Source: an uncultured archaeon
GTDB lineage: Archaea > Halobacteriota > Methanosarcinia > Methanosarcinales > Methanoperedenaceae
Direction: 5' to 3'
DNA: 12,112 nt
Assembly: GCA_902386115.1 (NCBI GenBank)
Contig: CABMHZ010000245.1
Coordinates: forward strand, 1 to 12,112
Both the position numbers and the translations under genes were made by a program. Positions 1 to 7,710 of this stretch are shown in pieces. The notes beneath the pieces were generated by a model that saw nothing but the letters and a program-made list of their open reading frames with translations, had not been told where the DNA came from and searched no databases. Positions within the stretch are counted from its first letter, which is position 1. Each line of letters starts with the position of its first letter.

Positions 1-402
1 GATCTGCTTCATTATCGTTTCTTTCCCTGTTGCTTTATCAGCGTCAAACCCCAGTACCCCGAAATCTAACGAGTTGCCGATTATGGACACAAGCACCGCA
101 TGCCGGAATGAATCCCGCTCTGATACGAATTCCTTTGCAAATGGTAAAAGCTTCCCTGCAATCTCATTGCTCTGCTGCTTTTTCTCCCTGTACGGATCGA
201 TATCCCCAAGAACCCTGTACGCTTCCCTGTGTATCTTCGTGCTCAAATGCGTTGCATGGGCGCCGTCAACCAGGTACTTCCGCAGCACCTCGATCCCTGC
301 AAGCACTGCTTTTTTCTGCAACTCTATGTCATTTGTGGATAGCTCTGCTTCGAACTGGACTCTGGATAACAGGCACGGTGCGCACCTGGGATGGGTTTTC
401 AT
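1..402 (-). CDS. DUF89 / ARMT1-like (damage-control phosphatase family) protein, N-terminal 134 codons; the 3' end runs off the window start
   Basis: Not in the supplied ORF track because it is open at the window edge. My own minus-strand translation from ATG 402..400 gives MKTHPRCAPCLLSRVQFEAELSTNDIELQKKAVLAGIEVLRKYLVDGAHATHLSTKIHREAYRVLGDIDPYREKKQQSNEIAGKLLPFAKEFVSERDSFRHAVLVSIIGNSLDFGVLGFDADKATGKETIMKQI. There is no stop down to position 1. The N-terminal CxxC, DPY..K and IIGNxxDF motifs are typical of archaeal DUF89 proteins. A GGAG lies 6 nt upstream of the ATG. The gene sits 9 nt downstream of the polB stop on the same strand. Confidence 0.6.
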   Translation of the reverse strand, partial: MKTHPRCAPCLLSRVQFEAELSTNDIELQKKAVLAGIEVLRKYLVDGAHATHLSTKIHREAYRVLGDIDPYREKKQQSNEIAGKLLPFAKEFVSERDSFRHAVLVSIIGNSLDFGVLGFDADKATGKETIMKQI

Positions 403-411
403 GTTTTTCTC

Positions 412-3000
412 CTAAAAATCGAATAATTGTCTCTGTTTAGTTTCTGTAGCCGCCTTTTTCTCCCCCATACATCTTAACATTTCCCCGGTTATCCCGAAAT
501 CGGAAAGTATGCGCTCAACAGGCGGAAGTATCTGTTTATTGACATAATAATCCACATCCAGGGGCAGTTTTTTCTCTTTTGCGTATTCAGGGTCTTCCGC
601 CCTTTCCACGAACATCCCTTTTCCCGCCAGGATGACAAATGGTATCCTGTCGCCCACACTGGCAACTATGCCTCTTTTCTGCAATTTTTCGATGACAGTT
701 GTGTGAGGCTGTTTGTTCTTATAGCTCCCGACTTTCTTGGTGTACTGCCTTGTCAGTATCAGGTCATCGAACAGCTCGCTGTCTTTCCCGGTATCCATCG
801 ACCTTATGCGGTTTATGGTATCCTTCACAAGTTCGACCGCATCATCCACTTTTCCTTCTTTCAGCACAAGCTCAAGAACTCTTTCAACTGTCTTTGTGGT
901 CAATCCGCACCAGTCGCGGCGGACAGTTTCCATGCCTTTTACCTTTATTTTTTCCTTCATTCCCTTCGCTGTCTTTTCCATTATCAGAAGGGCATAACGT
1001 TTCTTTGCCAGGAATATCGCGCGCCTGGCAAATGAGTCAAAAACAAGTTCCATAGGCTTGACAAGTGAATCCGTGACGGTATTTGCAATGCTATTTCCCA
1101 CAAGTTGCGCTTCGTCAAAAGTAAGCTCTTTATCAAGGAGATGAACGAAAACGCTGTCCGTATCTCCGTACACCACAGAGAGAATAATTCGTTTCCCGTC
1201 TTTTATTTCATCTTTTTTAAATGCCCTGCCGTCTTTCAGGGTTATTTCCTTTATATCGTTCTCTATAAGTTTCTTGGTGCGAAGGATATTCTCGCGCCCG
1301 AAGCTCGTTACCGCGCCTGCAAGCGTCAGGCTGTAGAGCCGCGCCCGCGCATATCCTGAATAACCGTAGAAGCTGTTAAGCAGTATCTTGAGCGCGAGTT
1401 GCGTGGCATCAAGCGCCCTGTATTCTTCTTCGTTAGCTGTCTTCATTTTTGCCCGAGTAGCCTGCCTGCGGTTCAGGAGTTCTTCAAGTATGGACGGTAC
1501 AATCCCTTTTACCACATCCCGCGAGACAAAAACACCGCCTGTCGGTGCAACGATAACATCATCGGGTCTCTCGCCTACAACCACTGTTGTGTAGCACAGG
1601 TTATGTGCCATCATTATTGTTGGGTAAAGCGACTTGTAATCAAGTATCACGATATTCTCAAGCAGCCCTTTCTTTGGTGTAAGCACTTCGGCGCCAGCCA
1701 GTTCCTCTCCTTCATCGAACCTTTCATCCGACATTTCGCCAGTGGGACGTGTGGGCAACACGCGGTCGTGTTTTTTATACTCCTTGAGTATGAGGTTCTC
1801 TACCATCTGGGTCTGCCCGCCGTCAAGGATATCCTGGAGCAGCGTCCCGCTCACCCTTGCAAGAGCGATGTACTTGTCTATAAGCCGCAGCTTCAAAAGG
1901 AAGGCAAGGGCAAGCTCGGAGTCGCGTCTCGCATATTCGATGAATTTCGAAAGCTTCTCACCGTTATCATTCCAGTACGATTCCATTTCAAGAAAAGGAA
2001 TTTCCAGTTTCTCAAGCCCGAGCAGTTCCTTTGCAGCGTTCCTGAGCGTGTATTGCTTGAGCGAGAATTCACGGCGAAGCAGCGGCAGCACGTCCACGGC
2101 GATGCGTCCCATCACGCTTACTCGTGTGATGTTCCCGATCTTCCTGTAATAGAGCGTTTTCCCGTCCCTTCCTGCAAGCGGTTCTATCCTTGCCCCTTTC
2201 CTGTTCAGCGCCTTTATCCTGTCCACGATGTAGGGAATGTCAAAACTGTTGGAGTTATACCCGAGCAGGATGTCGGGATCGTAATCCCTTATGATATCAA
2301 AAAACCGCCGCAGCATTGCCTCTTCACTGCCGCAGCTCTCGACATCCATCTTATTGTCTGTCTTTTTTCCCACAAGCACAAGCGTCTTTTTACCTTCAAA
2401 TTCAGGCTCAAAAGTAAGACTTATAAGAACTATGGGCGAATTCTCTGGCACCGGCATGGCGCCATGCAGGGGCAGGCACTCGATATCGAATGCAAGGTGC
2501 CTGAAAGGCGCATTTTTCAGTATATCTATCGCTTCCACTTTTCTTGATGTTAACCTGATACTGCTGAGAATGTCGGCATCATCGGAATTTTCTTCAGGTT
2601 CTGCCGCTGCCCACATCATCCCGCCAAGACCGTTGTCAACCATATACCTGTTCCTGAACAGGATATCGGTCTCATAAATATCGTCCACCATTTTTTTTAC
2701 ATCATCACGGATGGCTGGAACGCCCTTGGGGTCGTAGAGAATGATCTTGAGCATGGTGACTTGATTCTTAAAATACCCTATGGGTTCAAACCTCTTTACG
2801 ACTTCTATCCGTTTTATATGCTCCTTGAAGCGTTCTTTTAAAATATCCGCACTTTCAGGCAACGCTTTGGCATAAAAATAAGGCTCAAATTCCGGCACCG
2901 AGCAGCAGACGCTTTTTCCCGACCCGTCCCTTCCATAGAGCCGCACCACAGGCTTACCATCTCTGTAGGTGTAATCGGCATCGAGTATCTGGAAATTCAT
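412..3000 (-). CDS. polB: Family B DNA polymerase (archaeal replicative PolB type), apparently intact and intein-free
   Basis: 862-aa ORF carrying all canonical motifs. Exo I: FDIECLP. Exo II: LLGYNSNSFDIPYI. Exo III: YARRDSELA. Pol motif A: DYKSLYPTIM. Motif B: KILLNSFYGYSGY. Motif C: VYGDTDSVFV. KKRYAL is also present. The N-terminus ILDADYTYRDGKPVVRLYGRD is typical of archaeal PolB. Confidence 0.95.
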   Translation of the reverse strand: MNFQILDADYTYRDGKPVVRLYGRDGSGKSVCCSVPEFEPYFYAKALPESADILKERFKEHIKRIEVVKRFEPIGYFKNQVTMLKIILYDPKGVPAIRDDVKKMVDDIYETDILFRNRYMVDNGLGGMMWAAAEPEENSDDADILSSIRLTSRKVEAIDILKNAPFRHLAFDIECLPLHGAMPVPENSPIVLISLTFEPEFEGKKTLVLVGKKTDNKMDVESCGSEEAMLRRFFDIIRDYDPDILLGYNSNSFDIPYIVDRIKALNRKGARIEPLAGRDGKTLYYRKIGNITRVSVMGRIAVDVLPLLRREFSLKQYTLRNAAKELLGLEKLEIPFLEMESYWNDNGEKLSKFIEYARRDSELALAFLLKLRLIDKYIALARVSGTLLQDILDGGQTQMVENLILKEYKKHDRVLPTRPTGEMSDERFDEGEELAGAEVLTPKKGLLENIVILDYKSLYPTIMMAHNLCYTTVVVGERPDDVIVAPTGGVFVSRDVVKGIVPSILEELLNRRQATRAKMKTANEEEYRALDATQLALKILLNSFYGYSGYARARLYSLTLAGAVTSFGRENILRTKKLIENDIKEITLKDGRAFKKDEIKDGKRIILSVVYGDTDSVFVHLLDKELTFDEAQLVGNSIANTVTDSLVKPMELVFDSFARRAIFLAKKRYALLIMEKTAKGMKEKIKVKGMETVRRDWCGLTTKTVERVLELVLKEGKVDDAVELVKDTINRIRSMDTGKDSELFDDLILTRQYTKKVGSYKNKQPHTTVIEKLQKRGIVASVGDRIPFVILAGKGMFVERAEDPEYAKEKKLPLDVDYYVNKQILPPVERILSDFGITGEMLRCMGEKKAATETKQRQLFDF

Positions 3001-3024
3001 TATGGTTAGATTTGATTTAACAGG

Positions 3025-3030
3025 TTTATA
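3025..3030 (-). promoter_or_regulatory. Candidate archaeal TATA box (TATAAA on the minus strand) for polB, implying a leaderless or near-leaderless transcript
   Basis: The intergenic gap between the dprA-like stop (3037) and the polB ATG (3000) is only 36 nt. On the minus strand it reads gaaaccTATAAAcctgttaaatcaaatctaaccataATG. That places TATAAA at -30..-25 relative to the A of the ATG, which is the spacing expected for an archaeal promoter starting at or near the start codon. No SD-like motif is present in the gap. Confidence 0.3.
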
Positions 3031-3036
3031 GGTTTC

Positions 3037-4209
3037 TTAATGTGCATCCTCAAAATCTTCCAATTTCCTATTATTAGAAGTTGCACTTATTTTTTTACCC
3101 CTTTTTTTCTTTTTGTTTGATTGTGCGTACCCTGCTAATGGGACAGATAGATTCAACTTGTATGCGGAAACAAATGCCGAAACTTCTTCTTTGATGGTTG
3201 ATGCATGTTCACATCTATCTAATGTAACCAGCAGACTCGGTCGTGACATTGATGTGATCTTTGAACCCGATTGATATGCAGATTTCAACGCATATAACTC
3301 ATCTTTTTTCTTCTGCATTAAGGTCTTTGCCAGATACACATCGTCATCATTTTCAAATACAATATTGGCCCGATTATCGGCAATCAATTGATTATTGCCA
3401 CTTTGTTTTGATGCTTCAGGTGAATTTAGGGGATGTTTCATTACAATTAGTACTCTCTTTTGTTTTTCACAAAATCCCACAGTATGCATAGTGCCACCCT
3501 TGATGCCTGTTTCGATGACCAGAACGCCCAGAGATAAACCACTCTGGATCCGGTCGCGTTCCACAAAAAAGCTGTTGAATATTTTTGTGCCTGAGGGATA
3601 TTCTGAAACAAGCGCACCATTATTTATAATGATGGCATCTGCAAGTTCCTTGTTTTTATAAGGATATACAATATCTAATCCATGTGCCAATACGGCTACC
3701 GTTTGACCATTTGTTTCTAAAGCACCCTTATGTGCAGCCGAATCAATACCTTCAGCCAAACCACTGATAACAACATATCCTTCTTTAGCAAAAAGTTTTG
3801 CAATCTTTTTTGCCTGGTTTTTCCCGAAATCAGATGGTTTTCTCGTCCCGACAATTGCAATACTGTTTTTGTTTAAAGCCTCGAGATTCCCTTTGACGTG
3901 TAATAATACAGGCGGGTTGTCGATTATTGAAAGGCATTCGGGATAGTATGGACTTTCTCGTGATATTATCTTAATATTCTGTTTTTGCGAGATATTTATT
4001 ATTTCATGGGCTTTATCCCAACCTTTATTCGCATCTTGAATGTCTGGTATGGATATTCTTCCGAATTCTCCATTCGCCTTTTTTAGTATCTCAATTAAAT
4101 CGAGAGGACATGTTGGTTCTAATAAATCAGTTATTGATAGGATTTTCTCAATCGTTTTTACACCAACACCAGAGATTTGCTGCAAAGCCAGTATAGATAT
4201 TGGTTCCAT
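3037..4209 (-). CDS. dprA: DprA/Smf-like DNA-processing protein (Rossmann/SLOG-type core) with a divergent Lys-rich C-terminal extension
   Basis: 390-aa ORF. The N-terminus has an HhH-like segment, LQQISGVGVKTIEKIL. The DprA core follows: AIVGTRKPSDFGKNQAKKIAKLFAKEGYVVISGLAEGIDSAAHKGALETNGQTVAVLAHGLDIVYPYKNKELADAI..NGALVSEYPSGT..FNSFFVERDRIQSGLSLGVLVIETGIKGGTMHTVGFCEKQKRVLIV, then GNNQLIADNRANIV. The last ~110 aa carry no motif I recognise and end in SNKKKKRGKK. A GGAG lies 8 nt upstream of the ATG, and the start is only 12 nt after the upstream PRTase stop. Confidence 0.85.
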   Translation of the reverse strand: MEPISILALQQISGVGVKTIEKILSITDLLEPTCPLDLIEILKKANGEFGRISIPDIQDANKGWDKAHEIINISQKQNIKIISRESPYYPECLSIIDNPPVLLHVKGNLEALNKNSIAIVGTRKPSDFGKNQAKKIAKLFAKEGYVVISGLAEGIDSAAHKGALETNGQTVAVLAHGLDIVYPYKNKELADAIIINNGALVSEYPSGTKIFNSFFVERDRIQSGLSLGVLVIETGIKGGTMHTVGFCEKQKRVLIVMKHPLNSPEASKQSGNNQLIADNRANIVFENDDDVYLAKTLMQKKKDELYALKSAYQSGSKITSMSRPSLLVTLDRCEHASTIKEEVSAFVSAYKLNLSVPLAGYAQSNKKKKRGKKISATSNNRKLEDFEDAH

Positions 4210-4221
4210 GCTGCTTGCTCC

Positions 4222-4770
4222 TTATATAAATTGAGTTAGCCCAAGTGCATACATAACTACAATTTTAGCTCCAGTATTTTCTAACATATATTTTCCAGCC
4301 CTTAATGATATTCCAGTTGTTGTTACATCATCCAGAAGAAGTACTTGTTGGTATTTGATTATAATCTCGTTTTTCAAAGTAAGAGATTCTATTTCTGATT
4401 TCAGGTCGCGTTTACCGCCTAATGCCTTTTTTGGAATTTCATTAACCCTTACTATAACATCAGTTCCATCGATTATTGGAGTTTTACATAATCTTTTTGC
4501 GATTGTTCTAATACCAGATGGTGCAGTCCCAATAATATGTTTTTGTATAACACATATAACATATTTTTCAGTATCCGAAAAAATTGCGCGCAATTCGTTT
4601 ACAAAGTATATGATATCACTTTCACTTGGATTATAGTGTTTTATTTGAAGAACTGATCTGGAAAAAGAATCAAACTTCGGGTTATATTTTGGTTGATACT
4701 TGCCAAGAGAAATTATTTTATTTCTGTCGGCATTATTTTTTGTCGAATCTCGGAATATTGTACATTGCAT
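4222..4770 (-). CDS. ComF-like type I phosphoribosyltransferase (PRTase) domain protein
   Basis: 182-aa ORF. The C-terminal PRPP-binding loop QQVLLLDDVTTTGISLRAGKYMLENTGAKIVVMYALG is the hallmark of type I PRTases, with the length and placement seen in ComF/ComFC-family proteins. There is no N-terminal CxxC zinc-finger, and the N-terminal ~90 aa have no recognisable motif. The gene is very AT-rich. Confidence 0.8.
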   Translation of the reverse strand: MQCTIFRDSTKNNADRNKIISLGKYQPKYNPKFDSFSRSVLQIKHYNPSESDIIYFVNELRAIFSDTEKYVICVIQKHIIGTAPSGIRTIAKRLCKTPIIDGTDVIVRVNEIPKKALGGKRDLKSEIESLTLKNEIIIKYQQVLLLDDVTTTGISLRAGKYMLENTGAKIVVMYALGLTQFI

Positions 4771-4862
4771 TATTTACTCATCCATTTATTGGCATTCACT
4801 TGAAAAAGCTGATTAGACATATTTATCAAATTATAATGACTATTTCTCTATATATAGTAATT

Positions 4863-5318
4863 CTAAGCGGAGTGAAAGTCTTCATTATCGAGGGGGTTGA
4901 TCAGCTTTATCCAGGAAATCTTTTTAAAGTCTTTATCATTTTCCGTATAGATCGAGAATACGTTATTTTCTCTCATGGTTGCAGCCAGCAGCGCATCCCA
5001 GTAATGAATTCCATATTTTGTACTGATAGCGATAGCTGATTTTATTGTTTGTGCATTACAGGTAATGACATGCCAGCCCTGGAAATCGATTATGAGTTCA
5101 ATAAAATCTCCTGCCACCTTTGCCGGTATCGGCTTTGATATCTTTTTTGTTACGACAACATAGAATTCCGACAGGTTCTGGACAGAAACAGCAAGCTTGC
5201 GCTTATTTTTCCAGCAGTCGGCTACCAGTTCAGAGCAAACCTTTCGTTTTTCAGGTTCGCTTTCATCAAAAACATAGCTCAATAAGTTTGAATCTATCAG
5301 GGCAAGTTCATCTTTCAT
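4863..5318 (-). CDS. vapC: PIN-domain ribonuclease toxin, VapC-like
   Basis: 151-aa ORF. PIN acidic signature positions: N-terminal LIDSNLLSYVFDESEP, central HYWDALLAATM, and C-terminal IYTENDKDFKKI. It overlaps the upstream small antitoxin ORF by 11 nt, the classic type II TA architecture. Confidence 0.8.
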   Translation of the reverse strand: MKDELALIDSNLLSYVFDESEPEKRKVCSELVADCWKNKRKLAVSVQNLSEFYVVVTKKISKPIPAKVAGDFIELIIDFQGWHVITCNAQTIKSAIAISTKYGIHYWDALLAATMRENNVFSIYTENDKDFKKISWIKLINPLDNEDFHSA

Positions 5319-5547
5319 GGAGTTCGTCCCTGTTCCTGTATAATCTCTTGCCGAAATCGAATTTCAGTTCAAGGAGCTTGAATGCCTCCTGTGCTATTTT
5401 TTTCTGCTTTTTTTCATCGACCCATTTTTTCATCGCTTCTGTCAGCGCTTTTCCAAGTTCGCCCTTTCTGGTGCCATGGACGCTGCGGACAACCATCCTG
5501 AACTCCTTTTCCACGTCGTCTTTGATATTAACTGTTATCGTGCCCAT
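5308..5547 (-). CDS. vapB: VapB-like antitoxin (probable ribbon-helix-helix type)
   Basis: 79-aa ORF immediately upstream of, and overlapping, the PIN gene. The N-terminal strand-helix pattern is TITVNIKDDVEKEFRMVV. The central region is Lys/Glu-rich. The C-terminal ...RNRDELHER tail is common in archaeal VapB antitoxins. Confidence 0.7.
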   Translation of the reverse strand: MGTITVNIKDDVEKEFRMVVRSVHGTRKGELGKALTEAMKKWVDEKKQKKIAQEAFKLLELKFDFGKRLYRNRDELHER

Positions 5548-5786
5548 GATTGTAAATGAATTTGCGTTGTATTTAAATGTATTGTATTTTTAAATTTTAA
5601 AAACACCATAAGATTTACGCTCTCAGTTATCCGATATGCTATTATTTCAATACCAGTAATAAAAGACGAAATAAATATATAAACCCTGATTACATATATA
5701 GAACTGAAAGAACAGATGACAGGGGAAGACTTGAGGTTGCCTGAGAACAGAATTAGATTCTTTACTGTTTAGTATAAAAGAAGATT

Positions 5787-7682
5787 ATGGAAGAAAGATT
5801 GGACAGGGTCTTTACATTAAGACACGACCTGAAAATAATAATTATTCTCAGCAGTGTAGTATTCCTGATATCAGCCGCGCTGAACTTCCAGAACCGGATC
5901 GATGGGGGGTTTTTGATCCAATATGGGCAGTGGGGGATATCCGAGGCGCTTGTCTTCATCTCATTCCTCGGTGTCGCTCTTTCGGTCTATTATTATATGG
6001 GTCTTCGGGAAACGAAAGACCAGCTTGAAATGCGGCGCCAGGCTGAGATGATAACCAGGGATCGCCTCCTCCGGACAAAGGCGTTCCATGTCATAGACAG
6101 GGAGATACTGTCAAACCTGCCCATAATCGAGATCATAAAGAGTGTAATAAAGAACGTCCCCAAAGAACTCGGAGGTGACGTTGTTGCGATAAGCATGGAT
6201 GGAATGCACTTTGCAAAACTGCCAGCGGGGGATATCGTAGAGGAGGATGTCATTTCGGTCTCCGATGACATTATGAAGTGTTTCGATGAAAATAAGACGG
6301 CAATAGGAATAAATAACCTTGATATCGAACCGCGTGTGGCGATACTATCTGAAAGGATAAAACACCTGAGATCTCCTTCATATCTCTGTGTGCCCATGGT
6401 GGCTAAGGACAGGACGATAGGTGTCATGCATCTTCTTTCCCAGACCTCAAAGGTGTTCGTGGAAGAAGACATAGAATTTTTCACGGCTCTTGCTTCGAAG
6501 GCTGCCATCGCTGTGGAAAGAGCGAAAATGACAGCTGCACTGCGCCAGAGCGAAGCTGAACTGAAGCGGGCGCAGATCGTCTCAAGGACAGGTAACTGGT
6601 CTATGGATGTCAAGGCGAATGAGCTCATGTGGTCGGATGAGACCTACCGCATTTTCGGAGTTCCTATCGGATCTTCAATGACCTTTGAGAAGTTCCTGGA
6701 ACGCGTGCACCTGGACGACAGGGAATTAGTTCATGCTAAATGGACAGGGGCTCTCAGAGGGGAACCGTACAATATAGAGCACCGCATAATCGTCAACGGT
6801 GAATTGAAATGGGTGAATGAGCTGGCGGATTTCGAGTTTGATAAAGACGGGAAAGCCCTGAAAGGGTTCGGCACAGTCCAGGATGTGACAGAGCGCAAAG
6901 CCGCACAGGAGATGCGGATCGAAAAAGAGCGTCTTGAGTTCGCAAGCAGAGCCAAGAGCGAATTCATTGTAAGCATGAGCCATGAGCTGCGGGCTCCTCT
7001 AAACTCCATAATGGGTTTCTCCGACCTCTTGAAAATGAAACTCGCAGGAGACCTGAACGAAAAGCAGGTCCAGTACATAGACAGCATTTATTCCGAAGGC
7101 TCTTTCCTTCTCATTTTAATCAATGATATACTTGACCTGAGCAAAGTCGAGGCGGGTAAGATAATACTTGTGATCGAAAAGGTTAACCTTCATGCAACTA
7201 TCGAGGAAGCTCTCCTGCTGATAAGGGAGAAGGCGCTCAAGCAAAAAATAGACTTCAAACTGGATTTTGATCCCCATATCGAGATTATCGGGGCTGACAG
7301 GCAGCGTGTTAAACAGATACTTTATAATCTGCTCTCCAACGCTGTGAAGTTCAGCAAGGAGGAAGGCGGTACGGTAACCATTACCACAAAGAAGGAGGGC
7401 GATATGGCGCAGATAAGTGTCTCTGACACGGGGATAGGGATGAAGCCTGAGAACATGGGAAGGCTATTTCAGAGGTTCGAGCAGCTTGAACCCGGTATCT
7501 CGATGAAATACGGGGGCACAGGACTCGGACTTTCGATTTGCAAACAACTGGTGGAACTGCACGGCGGAAAGATATGGGCAAAAAGTGAACCGGGTGAGGG
7601 CTCCACGTTCACGTTCACGCTCCCGATTGAAATAAAAAAGAGCGCCCCTGACAAAAATGTTATCATTGAGAAAACGATTTAA
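5787..7682 (+). CDS. Membrane-anchored sensor histidine kinase (2 TM - GAF - PAS - HisKA - HATPase_c)
   Basis: 631-aa ORF. There are two N-terminal hydrophobic helices (IIIILSSVVFLISAALNF and ALVFISFLGVALSVYYYMGL). A GAF-like region contains SYLCVPMVAKDRTIGVMHLLS. A PAS-like region contains TGNWSMDV..ELMWSDETYRIFG...IEHRII..GELKWV. The H-box is SMSHELRAPLNSIMGFSDLL, with the His codon at 6981-6983. The N-box is ILYNLLSNAVKFS, and the G-boxes are DTGIGM and GGTGLGLSICKQLVELHGGKIWAKSEPGEGSTFTFTLP. No response regulator lies within the window. Confidence 0.9.
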   Translation: MEERLDRVFTLRHDLKIIIILSSVVFLISAALNFQNRIDGGFLIQYGQWGISEALVFISFLGVALSVYYYMGLRETKDQLEMRRQAEMITRDRLLRTKAFHVIDREILSNLPIIEIIKSVIKNVPKELGGDVVAISMDGMHFAKLPAGDIVEEDVISVSDDIMKCFDENKTAIGINNLDIEPRVAILSERIKHLRSPSYLCVPMVAKDRTIGVMHLLSQTSKVFVEEDIEFFTALASKAAIAVERAKMTAALRQSEAELKRAQIVSRTGNWSMDVKANELMWSDETYRIFGVPIGSSMTFEKFLERVHLDDRELVHAKWTGALRGEPYNIEHRIIVNGELKWVNELADFEFDKDGKALKGFGTVQDVTERKAAQEMRIEKERLEFASRAKSEFIVSMSHELRAPLNSIMGFSDLLKMKLAGDLNEKQVQYIDSIYSEGSFLLILINDILDLSKVEAGKIILVIEKVNLHATIEEALLLIREKALKQKIDFKLDFDPHIEIIGADRQRVKQILYNLLSNAVKFSKEEGGTVTITTKKEGDMAQISVSDTGIGMKPENMGRLFQRFEQLEPGISMKYGGTGLGLSICKQLVELHGGKIWAKSEPGEGSTFTFTLPIEIKKSAPDKNVIIEKTI

Positions 7683-7710
7683 GCAATCGAATAATGTTTG
7701 AAGCAGAAAT

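Noticed and set aside
30-440. Plus-strand ORFs of 136 aa and 113 aa at the window start.
   Set aside because: They are antisense to the better-supported minus-strand DUF89-family reading frame (1-402), which has clear family motifs and an SD-like GGAG.
1399-2547. A long 382-aa plus-strand ORF, with several shorter ones (699-1055, 1742-2149, 2291-2677), inside the polB region.
   Set aside because: These are antisense shadow ORFs of a strongly supported polB gene. The proteins are low-complexity, Cys/His/Phe-rich and carry no recognisable motifs.
4626-5039. A 137-aa plus-strand ORF spanning the gap between the PRTase and vapC genes.
   Set aside because: It is antisense to both flanking genes. 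Its translation is AT-rich-codon driven (Ile/Phe/Leu/Tyr-rich) with no motif. The 92-nt gap is better explained as the promoter region of the PRTase-dprA operon, since the minus strand contains tatatata.
5548-5786. The long AT-rich intergenic region was checked for a tRNA, small RNA or riboswitch.
   Set aside because: There are no GC-rich stems or cloverleaf-compatible segments. The composition and TATA-like motifs fit a divergent promoter region for vapBC and the kinase.
5993-7087. Minus-strand ORFs (211, 118 and 85 aa) inside the histidine kinase gene, and similar ones at 7381-8013.
   Set aside because: These are antisense shadow ORFs with Ser/Arg-rich low-complexity translations. The plus-strand kinase and nadA frames carry complete domain signatures.
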